Shown: positions 11,121 through 23,550 of the stretch, one piece after another
Layout of the letters: each line of letters begins with the position of its first letter
Numbering within the stretch: the first letter of the stretch is position 1
Assembly (NCBI RefSeq): GCF_009914755.1
Contig: NC_060931.1
Strand: one strand, 5' to 3'
DNA from: the human T2T-CHM13v2.0 reference genome, Homo sapiens
Length of the DNA: 64,000 nt
The notes under the pieces: model-generated
Database searches by the model: none
Seen by the model: only the letters and a program-made list of their open reading frames with translations
Told to the model about the DNA's origin: nothing
Position numbers and translations under genes: made by a program

Positions 11121-14100
11121 CCTAACTTTGGACAATAGTCACCCCTTCTGGGGAAGAAAGTGAGATTATCCTTAGGGAGGAAAGAAGGGTATTTTAGGGC
11201 AAAATAACTTTAGAATTTACCCTCTGTATGTCACTATGTTTTTTATTCTTTTACGACAAAAATGTTTTCAAGTGCCATTTGAAAAAACTGAAAAAAAAAA
11301 TCAAAGCCTACAGTTGGCATTTATCATGGGGATGAAAAGGAGGGAATATGGTCAAAGAAGTAGATCAAACCTCTCTTCAAGTGTTGTTGCCCATGTTTAA
11401 TGCTCTCTATTTGACCTTGACTATAAAATCCAGAATTTAAAGTATAAACTCTGAATTTGTGAAATACTTACTAGCACTTACTGTAGAAAAGTTATATTTA
11501 ATATGAAAACCATTTATGTCATATGATATTAAACCTTCTTTATTATTACTGGTATTTGAGGAAGAAGTAAACACTCAGTGGAATGGAATTACACTGACCA
11601 TAAATTATACATGGAGATTTGGACAGAAGACAAATGTATTTACCTAATCACTATCTAGAGAGCAAGCAGATAAGCAGACAGAGATGTGGCATGGCCCTCA
11701 GCCAATATGGACACATACCAGCACAATCACCTGTCAGTGATGCCATGTTTCTTGGGCAGGGGTGCCACTCCTGCTGAGTATTTGGGGGATTCCCAGTGAG
11801 CTCAACCAGAGTAGGCAACAGGGAGTTCTTGCTCTCTAGCTGCCAGACTGCCAAGCCAACAAGTCAAGGAATCCTTCACAACATGCTGCCAAGGCAGTTT
11901 TTGCACTTGATTCTTATCTAGCTTTCCTGGTGTGGTGAATATTATGTTGCTTCTTTAGCCAAAATAATGCAAATCAAAATTAAGGGTAAAAATAAAATGA
12001 ATACATACATTGGAAAAATCAGCAGGATTCAGAGCTAAATTCGAAAATGGTTTCAGATGGTTTCCAATTCACATTTCCTCTCAAAATACAAAATGCATAC
12101 TTTAAAAGAAATTATTTTTAATCCTTGAAATTAAAAGATGGACCCCCTCCTAGAAGCAAACATAAAATTTTATGTTATCTGTAATAAATGAACCACTTAT
12201 CAATAAACTAAAAACCTTAAGCATTCCCTAATTCCTGTCAGCTGCAGAATCAGTTGGATTTAGATTGCTTCTATAGGGAATGTTCCAATTTTTATTTTTG
12301 CTACAAAAACAAGACAAGCTAGGAATGCAGTACAGAGATTAAATTACATAGTTATCCTAGCAAAGATGTTCTGCAACATGTTTCATTATAATTGTTTCAG
12401 AAGTGCTGAAAATCATTTATATTTACCATATACCCATGTTTGCCTAAGAAAACTGGAAGTGGTATCTAAATATAGATAGAAGTATATATCATCCAGCACA
12501 TTACAGCTTTTTTCTTATTTATTATGTGAAAAGAAAATAAATATTACCACATGACTATTTTTTAGTTTTAAAAAGGAAAGATAAAATATTAATAACTCAA
12601 AAGTAAATACACTTCCTGTGATATAAGTAATACAATCCAAGCCACCTGACCTTTTGTTTGAGATTAAAACTCTTAAATATGAAGGAAATATAAAAAGTAT
12701 CCCTTAAAAGTAAAGTGAAAGATTGATGATATTCTCGTTATTCTAACACTATAATCAGTAGAGTAATTTTCTCTATTGTTTCTAAGCGAGACCTCTGCTG
12801 GCTTTTCTGAACAGTGTGCTGGTCCATTTTCAGTCTCTGAAGGTCAACTGGAGTTTCTGCACCTCCACAGCCCATCTTTCATATCCCGAACCCGCTGCTA
12901 TCAAAGACACACACCTCAGGCCAAACTGTATAATAGTGGTTTCCAGCAGCGACAGCGGGCATTTTGGCTGGGTCTATACAGACAGCTGGATGGTGGTTCA
13001 CACTTCCCCAGCAGGGCAGGTCTGTCACATAGACCTGAAGCTTGAGGAATTTTGGAATTGTGTGTCCTACTTTGGTTGATTATAATTTTCTGTGAATTCA
13101 AAGAAGTTGTACATGAAAGACAATATATATGTTTCCACATCAGTATATATTTTTCATACTGACATGAAAGAATATGTGTGTGGCTGCGTATGTATATGTA
13201 AACATATATACATATGTATGGTACATGCATATATACATTTGATTCAGTTACACAAATATATATTGAATACCTTCTGTGTACCAGTTTATATATGCTTATA
13301 AGCTGAGATCCATGATTTTTTAAAGCTCACAGTCAAACTACAATGTTGGCTACCTTCTTGAGTTAAAAGTTTGCCTGATGTAATTTTATTTTGTTTCGAA
13401 AATAGAACATAACTTGAGCTTAATTGGAAAAAAAAATGTGATGCACTAGTCAAAATAATGGGTAGATTTTCTTCTATAAAGTTTCCTATGATTTGTTGAA
13501 AACATCTGATGATAAAATCCCAATTCCCTTAAATTCATTCACAAATATGAATAGCTTTTCTTTATTTATGTACAAATCAAAGATTTGAAATGTTGTGCCG
13601 CTCATCAGTTTCACATTCATCTAGATACCTCTCTCGTTAAGACATCTGTCCAAGTAGTAAGGAGGAAATGCTTTAAAAACTTGCTCATTATTAGCCACCT
13701 TTAGTCTCACCCAGCCCAGAATTTCTCCTGAACTGAACGAAGTGCTTTTTATTCTGTATCGTTTCGAAATTGCTTATTTAAAAATGAAAAACCACAACAA
13801 AGCTGCAAATAATAAATATGACATAAAATTAGTTAAGAAAAACAGGTGATGAAAACCAAAATAAAACAAGATTTAAAATTCTATAACCCTGCACCATTTC
13901 TTTTGTCACTAAAACTTAATTTGAATACTAAGCAATATCGTGTGCCACTCTCTGTATCTAGTCTTCTCTCACTCTCTACAAGCCAAATTTCTTTAACTAG
14001 CTCTTACTCAAAAACAATCAATTATTTCTTGCTCATCTTTCTCCACACTATATTAATGAGTTGGAATAAAAAAAAAGCCTGTAAGCTGATATTCTCTAGT

Positions 14101-14559
14101 GTGCCACAATTTTTTCTCCATTCATAAACCACAGCATCATACAGACTAACTCTTCAACCTGTCCCCAACTCCCCACCTCTCCTTTGTCTTTCAATCTCTA
14201 GTAACATCTTCCCCCTCAAGCTCTACTGGAATCACATCACCATTCTCGAACACCGTAATTTAATAGTGATTTCTATTTCTCTTTGTCATCACATTGACTC
14301 TTGATCACATGTTCTCTTGCCTCACCCAGTTATGAAGCTCTGACTACAAATTAAGAAAAGACTTTCAAACCCACCGCCTCATGTATTTCCTGACTTCATA
14401 TCTGTACCAACTGCCACAATTCTAACATGCCATAAGGATGACTCTGTTTAACTTCATGAAGTACAAACACAAATCCTTCAAATTTCACCCACTTTAATAA
14501 GACAATGTTTCTAATTATGTTAGCACAAATGAGGCATCTCTACAACTACATGTGCCAAC

Positions 14560-14750
14560 ACTCAGAGAATGAAAGCATTTCAGAGCTGAAAAGGACCTTA
14601 GAGATCAATGGGCAGGTCAGACATTCTTTTTCTCAATTAGGTTCACCACCAATTATCTCAAGTAACTTGCCTAAGGTCAGATGGGTAGCAACAGAAATGG
14701 TTCCAAAACCACAGCTTCCTAACTCTGATTCCAAAATCTTCCTTCACAGA
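14560..14750 (-). mobile_element. MIR
   Basis: agagctgaaaaggaccttagagatca...aagtaacttgcctaaggtca. Confidence 0.7.
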
Positions 14751-17651
14751 GGAACATGCATCAAAATGGTTTCCTGTAGTTAGTCTCTCATGAACACCCA
14801 CTGCCCTTCTTATTTTCATCATCCTTCCTCCTGTTTACACCATCCTCCCCTACTTCCCTTCTGTGTGTTTTTCCTTCTATTTATTGTCTCTGTCTGGCTT
14901 TCTGTTAACTATTCCAAACTTGAAGTCTTTCAATTCTCTGCGGCATTTATTTTCTTTAAATACCTACAGTGTTTTATTTCTATTTCTCCTGTTGAATTTA
15001 TCATAATCTACCACAAACAAGGGTTATTTATATTCTTGTTGTATCTTGCTATTAGGAAAGCAAGTTATTTGAGGAAGGACTCATGGTTTCTTACAAGCCT
15101 TCATAGGCTTTTTGGCTCTTAATAAGTCAGTGTTCAACTGAATACAATTCCATCTATCATAGGATATAACTGGATGAGAAGCAAATTGGTTACCACTCAA
15201 CAGTTAATCTATCTGATTTGCCATGAGCCTAGGGCAGTTTTTTTGAGCTCAGTATTTCTTATTTTTTGTTATTTGCTGGGCCACGATAATAAACTATAGC
15301 AAATAGCAACAGAACTTTTTCAGTCACATCCAATTCAATCAAGTTGTAGATCATAAACTCCCAGAAATAAAGCATTTCTATTTTCTTCACTTCATATTAT
15401 CTGTAACAGAGTCACATTCAGAAAAGACTCAGTGTATATGTTTATGTTAATGCCAGTGCTAATGCTGGAACAGGAAGAGACTATGAAACATCTGGGTTCA
15501 AAATTATCAGAATTACATCAGTACTCCAGAATTCTGACTTATGATATAAAAATTTTACTTTGTGCTTGTTGTGATTGACAGTAAATTTTTTAAAGGAATC
15601 TCAATTTGTGTTTTCTATTGTGTCATTTTAATATTATGTAGTCATCTAAGATATACTAAAGGTGACCACAATTTTAGAATATGCATAGCAGAGATTAGTA
15701 TGGAGTTGATTATCAACAGAAGCTAAATGAATAAATTATTGACTAATTTACACTAGCCTGTCCCCGAATCCATTATTTTGGAATCATCTGTGATACTTAT
15801 TTCTTCCATGAGAAGAGGAATTTAGAAACTCTTATTCCATTTATTTTGTAGTGGGTGAAAGTAACGCAAGCAATTTTCCATAAGCACAATAGCTTTTCTT
15901 TTAGAACACCGTAAATCTGAAATACTTCCTGTCTGTCTTAACAACATTCCTGAATGATCATCTTAAGAGCTGGGTTTCCCATTGTGCTTACTAGTCTGTA
16001 AGCACAGCAGTTGCTTCAGTATGTATGCTACTACTGCCTCGTTCCTATATGGTAGAACCTCACCATCCCAAATAAGTCTGGGCAACCCTTGTAAGAAAAA
16101 AAAAAATACGTTCTATAATCTTTATAAACCAAAGCACTACATGTATTCAGTTCAGAGCCAGATTTTCTGGAAAGAAAAAAAAAAGTTGCCTAAGATATAT
16201 TGTGTTTCAATAGCTCACATTTCTTAGATAATGAAGAGAAAATATGAAATATGTTCTCAAAGATTGACTCTTTGATAACCTATTGTTAAGTAAAATGCCT
16301 ATTGGCATAGACAAATGTATTTTAGCAGATAATTTCTATCTGATTATGTTTACATTCTTGTTTGTGGGTCCGCCTATATCAACACTTACTTGTTTTTGTA
16401 ACTGTCTCTGTTCTTGGTGTATGTATTACCGTACTTCACGCAAAGTAAAATTAAGTGGGGGTTACTTAGCATTTATTAATGATGCACAAATCTAAATGTA
16501 CCTTGTAAATGTAAATTGACATTATATAGTTAGATCACCCAGTAAAACAAAGCCTATCTTTAAGGTAAACTTCTGATAAAAATCTACTCAAATGTTATAA
16601 AAGAGAAGTTACTGACCCAGGAGTATGAAACTTTTACACCCATGAATCTGACATAGAGGGAGTTATATAAGGGTTGGAAAACCCCTGTATCAAATGGTGC
16701 ATTAAAAGTATTTATTCACCTTCAGGTAGTGCAATGTCTTTCTCCAAAAGTTATTTTTATCACCTCAGCACCCTTTGTACACATAGCCATTGAACTGACA
16801 AGTAATCCTATTAAGTAGTCAGTGGATGTTAGTAATCCAAGGTTTAGAAACGGCTACATAATAATTCATCCTAAATATATTTCATAAGGGTTAATTACAG
16901 AGCAATAATACTTGCATACAAAGAGACCATAGAGATGCAACGATGGGTTTGATTATGTCTAGAAAAGTTCTGAATAGCTTAGTGAGTAAAGCTATAATTA
17001 TTTGCAGCAATATTTTTATATCTATTGCCATGAGATTATTAACTTGTGTTTATATAATGTCTTTCTTAGATTAATTGGAAATGCTCCATTTGAAATCACA
17101 GCAGTCTCTAGAGAATGCTGCTAAAATGTTTTATCCATTACAAATAATTCAAAGCCAGTTAGCTGGCCAATGAAAAAATTTAATGCTTTAGGAAGTCTCT
17201 TCTAAACACTTATGTTGGGCCACCATGCATGTCTGTATCTGGTTTTTGAATTAAACCTCCGTGTAGAATATTCTATGTTAGGCCACAACTAGAAAAATGA
17301 ATAGACTCTGTGTCACACAAGCGATTACAATGATTTAAATGATCCATCAGCTATTTTCATTGTGTTTTCTTTGTGTGCATAGAAACAACTTGCTTGGAGA
17401 CTGAGCTCAAAAAGAAAGAATCACCTTATATTTTAATTGTATATTTCATGGCCTTTAATACTGATAAACAATTGTTATATATACTGTTAAACAATTGTTA
17501 TATAATCCCATGGGATCCTCAGAAAAATTCTATAGATCTTCACAAGTAATAACAATAGCTACTGTTTATTTAGTAACTGAAATGTTACTAAATATGCTAG
17601 GCATACTAAACATGCTAGGCATACACACAATTTTTTAACTTTCTTAACAAT

Positions 17652-18054
17652 TGTAGTGTGCACTATAGTGTGCACCTAGACTTCCCCTTCAGGACCAAGG
17701 CATTTGTTTGCAAGCTGTCAGGAGGGTTACCTTTCAAACTACATCCTAGGAATTTCCTTTGGCCAAAGACAGCTGTCTTCCTGGAGATTACACACCCTTT
17801 TCTCAGGGCAGCCTGCATTCAGTGCTTTGTTGGTGAGAAGTTATACAGTCCTGGATCCCTTGCTTCATTTCAGGATATCTTTATTCAAGGGTCATCCCAG
17901 TTCAAGACTCCAGGAGGAATTGGCTGAGGCCTTTGTTATAATTGTATAGAAATTTAATTTCTCCTCCTTTCCTCATTTCTTCACAGATGCTCTTTCCTCC
18001 CCATCAATAACCCTCCTTCAATTGCAGTGTCTATTCACTATTAAACCTAAGACA
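17652..18054 (+). mobile_element. LTR16 (LTR16C-like) ERVL solo LTR
   Basis: tgtagtg...ttccccttcaggaccaaggca...gggtcatcccag...ggctgaggcctttgtt...cctaagaca. Confidence 0.82.
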
Positions 18055-18061
18055 TGACTCT

Positions 18062-18460
18062 TGTTATGGTTTGAATGTTTGTGTCTCCCTCCAGAATTTA
18101 TGTTAAAATTTAGATCTCAACTTTAAGAGTATTAAGAGATGGAGGCATTAGGAAGTGATTAGGCCATGAGGACTGTATCCTCATGGATGGGATTAGTGCT
18201 TTATGAAAGACGTAGATGAAATTAGCTAGGCCTTCCATTCCTTCAGCCCTGTGAGGACACAGTATCCACTGCCTCCAGAGGATGCAGGAAGAAGGTACTA
18301 TTTTGGAAGCAGAGAGCAGTTCTCACTAGACACCAAATCTGCCAGCTCCTTAATCTTGCACTTCCCAGCCACCAGAACTGTGATATATATATACACACAT
18401 ATATTTATAAACTTCCCAGTGTCAGGTGTTTTGTTATAGCAGTATGAATCTAATAAGACA
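18062..18460 (+). mobile_element. MST (MSTD-like) MaLR solo LTR
   Basis: tgttatggtttgaatgtttgtgtc...tgtgaggacacag...ttgttatagcag...taagaca; imperfect 5-bp TSD actct/aatct. Confidence 0.85.
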
Positions 18461-19743
18461 AATCTCAACATGGTGGATGAAGAAACTGAGGATCAGAATG
18501 AATGCAAGAAATAAGGTTCAAACCCACAGCTTTTCATTATTGCTTAGTGATGCCTGGCTAGGAGGAGGTAGATCCAAAAATCTAAGAGTTCTTATTTCCC
18601 AGTGAAGGGTTATTTTAACTCTGGGAGAAGGTAGCGGTATATCCAGACCTGATCACATAAATTCCTTAAGAATCTTTTAAAAAGGAAAGGTTTTTAAAGA
18701 GTTATCCACAACACCTCTCTAAAGTAATGATTAAATCTTTATTCAATTTGTTTATGAAGGTAGCAAATTATAATTCATTCACATACTCTTTGTTAATTTT
18801 AAATTTAAAAAATCTAACACAAAGTAGAAACTATGGAACTCATAAAGCTTTTTCACTACTTAGGAACACAAGGAAAAACATTCTATGAATAATGAAATTC
18901 TATCTCAAATCTCTGTCTTAGTTGACCTATTTTTCTTATGACATTAAAGGCAAATGTTATAGAACTTCGGTTAAAATATTTTTAATATTTGTTTTCTGTC
19001 TTCATGTTTACCTAGAAAGAGCATCGATTACTCTGTTGATGTAAGTATGTTATTAGTAGAGCAGCTGAAAATATCCTTTTCCTGCAAAGTTTACACTCAA
19101 GAGTCTAGAAACAAAAATACATTTAACATCTGATTTTGCATTTAAGTTATGGCCCTACACAAAGTAGTACTGAAAGTTCTACATAGTATACTTCCTGACA
19201 AGAGGTCATTTTCTTTATTCAACTAGAAAATTAGAGCAGTAAAGATTTTCCATAGCAATAAGACAACAATATATGATTTATTTGAATAATAAATGTGGAA
19301 ACTAATACTATCCCCCCATATTAAGCAACAGTGTCATTTTTTCTACATGTCCTTGAAGCAACACTGTAACGCTGTACAAAACTTTGGATTCCTATCACTT
19401 ACAAGGTCTATGTCCCTTTGTAAAACAAGTCTTCCTCTTCTACATCATATTATCTTGTTTATTCTCCTTCTAATGTTTTCAGGATCAGACCCTTGAAGCT
19501 CAACTTTTTTTGAATTACAAAAATAGGAGAAATTGTTACAACAATTCAATTATATAATTTCACTAAAAGCTGTTTAATTTGTTGACTTTTTACATAAAAT
19601 ACAAAATTGTGATATATGGCAGGAAATAAAATAGCAGTAGATAAGGAAAAGTCAAAATATACTATACATTCTGAAAAACAGACACAAAAATTTGCAAGAT
19701 GAATTTTTAAAGCCATCTAATCACCAATCTCAAGAATATATGA

Positions 19744-20112
<369 letters not shown>

Positions 20113-21819
20113 TCAATCAATTCATTGCCTAAGGTAATTATTATAACCCAAATCATCAAGAACCATGATGATAATAAAGTATATTAGATTTAGGCACAAG
20201 ACTCATTCATTATTTAAATTTGGGCTAATGAGACACTTAATATACACTTTTTTTTGTTGTTTTTACTAGTACTTGGTTACACCAACAGCTGCATAGAAGA
20301 AATATGCTTATTTACTTTTATGGCATAGTACTTCAGACAGAATAAATTCAGTGGTAAAACTGTTCCAGCTCATAAATACAGCTGCTAATAAGTAGTCATT
20401 GGACATTGTAAGTCATATTGTGGATGAAGCCATCATATTCCACGTAACCTTTGCTTGAAACTTTGCTTAGAAGCTTCTACTCTAGGAAGTCTGATGAATA
20501 TCAGCACTTATAATGGAACTATATGTAAAGCCTACACAAATACAATGACTGAACTGCTTGTCCTTTTTAAAGAATCATTAAAATCACTGCAATTTTAACA
20601 GCCACAAAATGAGCCTCTTAGCATTTGGAACTTTTTCACGTGCTGGAACTCTGTGTTGTTAGAAATGTTCAGAAGGTAATATAGGGTTATATGAATATAA
20701 TGAGCACAGTGATTTAAGCAAGAAAAGAACATTTGTTGCTACATATTAAAGTACTATCTTTGGTTTCCTATTAGCACCACTAAGAAGACACATTTTCTAA
20801 TTAGGGTCTGGGCTGTGTTGCTTGCAGGAGGTGGCCCATAGGTTGCATAAATGGAATACAAATCTAAACAGTCTTTGAATTCTTATAGGCAAAGCTAAGA
20901 AATTACTAAGAGCAAAGACACAAGAATTTCCACCACCTTTCTTGATATTGAAGACCATTTTAGGTTCATGTGCATAGAACTGGTATGTGAAAGAACATAG
21001 TTGACCCAGCTTTACTCAAGTTAAAAATAACAGGGAGTTTCTGCAAGTCTCTCTTCTGTGTATTTTACATCTTTGGTATTCAAATATGATATATGTATTT
21101 ATGAAAATTACAGATAGGTGAACATATGACTTCCTCCCTTATGTCACACCCTGCACCCAGAGATCTTGGAGACTTTCCTGGGGTTACACAGTAACCAGAG
21201 GATGAAGGCAGAGGGAATACTGCCCTGTGGTTTTTACTTGTTTTTATTAGACTACTTAAGGGAATTTTCCTCCCAGTGGGCACATTTTCCAGGCAAGAAA
21301 ATTACCTACATTAATTTCAGAGAGAATAAGAGAAAGAAACAAAATTACAGAGCTAGGTAACCACTGTCCTGGGGGAAATGTTTGTATTTGTCAACCTCCC
21401 AGTTGTTCATCTGTACAGGCAAAACTGTGAGAGACTTCCTCCACTTTCAACTGTGGAAAAAGCTTATCTTTGGCAGCTTTTAAATTATCAATGCTCTATA
21501 CATACTCGATGTTATTTTTTTGTCTTTCTCTTCAAAAATCTATCAGGTCTGTCATGCTTGATGGCACAAATTTAAGAGGAAGATAGGAGAAGGAAAAAGA
21601 AATAAAGAGATAATAGACCTGCAGTCAACTTTGTAGCATATTCTTTTCTCCCATTCCCCTTCTGCCAGGCTAGTAAGACCAGTGTCATAAGAGTTCTAGG
21701 AAAATAAATAACATCTAAGTCCTATCTCTGTACAAGGTGCTTAGTACCTGAAAGATTAGTTTTCAAACAGGCAGTGAATAAAACAGGTGTGATGTTTAAA
21801 AATTATCCTATTTAGTAGG

Positions 21820-22047
21820 TATATACACAAACACATACATATATACACATACTCTCTCTCTCTATATATATATGTTGATAGAGATATATAATATATATGT
21901 TGATAAAGATATATTTTATATCTATCATATCACATATGTCATACATTTATCTCTATCATATATATCATATTTATCTCTATCATATAATGTATATCATATA
22001 TATAATTCATGTTGATATATATATATATTAGAGAAAGAGAGAGAGAG
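21820..22047. repeat. TA/CA/GA-rich low-complexity microsatellite tract
   Basis: Direct reading. Confidence 0.85.
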
Positions 22048-22049
22048 GA

Positions 22050-23387
22050 TCACAAAGAATGGGAGGAGTAACATTTGCAAAATTGAAAAATAGGAGATTT
22101 TTACCATATCCTCCCATAAAAGCATCAATTTTAAGAGCTACCTACAGGCAAGAGTATCTCTGAGGGAGTCTAGAAGTCCAACAGAGAAGTTCCAGAACAT
22201 AACTGGAGCAAAAATTCTGAGAAAAGGTGCATTGAGGATAGTAAGAACAGTTTTACTTTACCTGCATCACTCTTCCTCCAAGGTGGCAAAATTCAGTGCC
22301 AAAAAAGACCTACAATTTCTCTCATAGAGGAAAGTGAGAGCACAGTAAGTGAGCACCCAGCTCCCTCAGTCATGTGGGATGCTGCCAAAAATACTTACTT
22401 TTTTCTTACCTAATTTAGATTACTGAGGTGATTAACAAAGCTGAAAGGCTGGGAAAGGCAGGAAAGGGGAAAGAAACTCCAGATTCTACAAAGAGTTTAA
22501 CAGACTCCATCAGAAATCCCACCCTTAAGCCAGTTTGGATCCTTTGCTTGCAGATTCCACCAACTGGCCAATGGGCACTGCAAACACTCCACACACCTAA
22601 CCTCTAACTTCCTCTAGGCCACACACCTAACCTCTAACCAAAACTCCGGGCCATTTTTCCAAGTACACCCATGGAAGACAAGTGCAAACATCTCACATGA
22701 AAAATCAGATCAAGCCTGTGGAATTGGAAAAGGCACATAAACTTGAGCGACGCATTACCCTAGGAGAACAAAAAATAAAAGGAGGCTCTCAGGACCCAGC
22801 CTGGCTTGATGGGATCAAGAGAAAGCATGCAATCTTAAGAATTCACCACCAAGAAAACAAGAGATGTGGAGTTGGTGCATCCACAGAAAATATCTGAGAG
22901 AGCCTCAGAGTCCTTAGCAGGGCTGACCAGTTAAGGCATTTCTCTCCTGATGCCAGTTACAACATTTCTGTCCTGAAAACATGACTACCTCTTCAAATGC
23001 AAAGACAGCAAAGCAAAGCTTCAAGAAACAAACAAAAAAAATTAAGGAAACAAGATGCTACTAAAAGAATCCAATAACATTATAATCACTGACCCCAGAG
23101 AAATGGAAATCCATTAATTACCTTACAAAAAAATTCAAAATAACTGTTATAAGTAATCTCAGTGAGCTACAAAAAAACACAGACAACTCAATGATATTGG
23201 AAAAAAATGCATGAACAAAATGAGAAGTTTAATCAGCATATGAAAACCATTAAAAAGAACCAACAGAAATCCAGGACCTAAAGAGTACAATCACAGGACA
23301 GAAAAATGCAGTAGAGAGCTTCAGCAGCACACTCAATGATGCAGAAGAACTAGTAAACTTGAATACAGATTATTCAAAATTAATCAG
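22050..23387 (+). mobile_element. Old L1M (L1M2/M3-type) 5' UTR and ORF1 start
   Basis: ORF1-like ctcagtgagctacaa...catgaacaaaatgagaagttt...gagagcttcagcagc; 20-bp tandem repeat at 22589-22608/22619-22638. Confidence 0.7.
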
Positions 23388-23550
23388 GTGTTCTCACCAA
23401 AAAAAGAGATAAGTTTATGAGGTAATAAATATGCTATAATAATTGGCTTAATTGGCCATTTCCGTGTGTGTGTGTGTGTATGTGTGTGTATGTATAAAAT
23501 ATCATGCTGTAAACCATAAATATATACAATAATTATTTGTCAGTTTTTTA
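23388..23550 (+). mobile_element. L1MA 3' UTR end fragment
   Basis: gtgttctcacca...gaggtaataaatatgcta...atcatgctgtaaaccataaatatatacaat. Confidence 0.7.

Larger units (their letters stand above)
17545..18540 (-). mobile_element. MIR split by two LTRs (pieces ~17545-17651 and ~18466-18540)
   Basis: aataacaatagctactgtttatt...tgctaggca before the LTRs; gatgaagaaactgagg core after them. Confidence 0.6.

Noticed and set aside
20920-21460. Cluster of NF-kB-like motifs (gggaattttcc, ggagactttcc)
   Set aside because: Imperfect matches, one inside a MIR-like fragment; not distinguishable from background.
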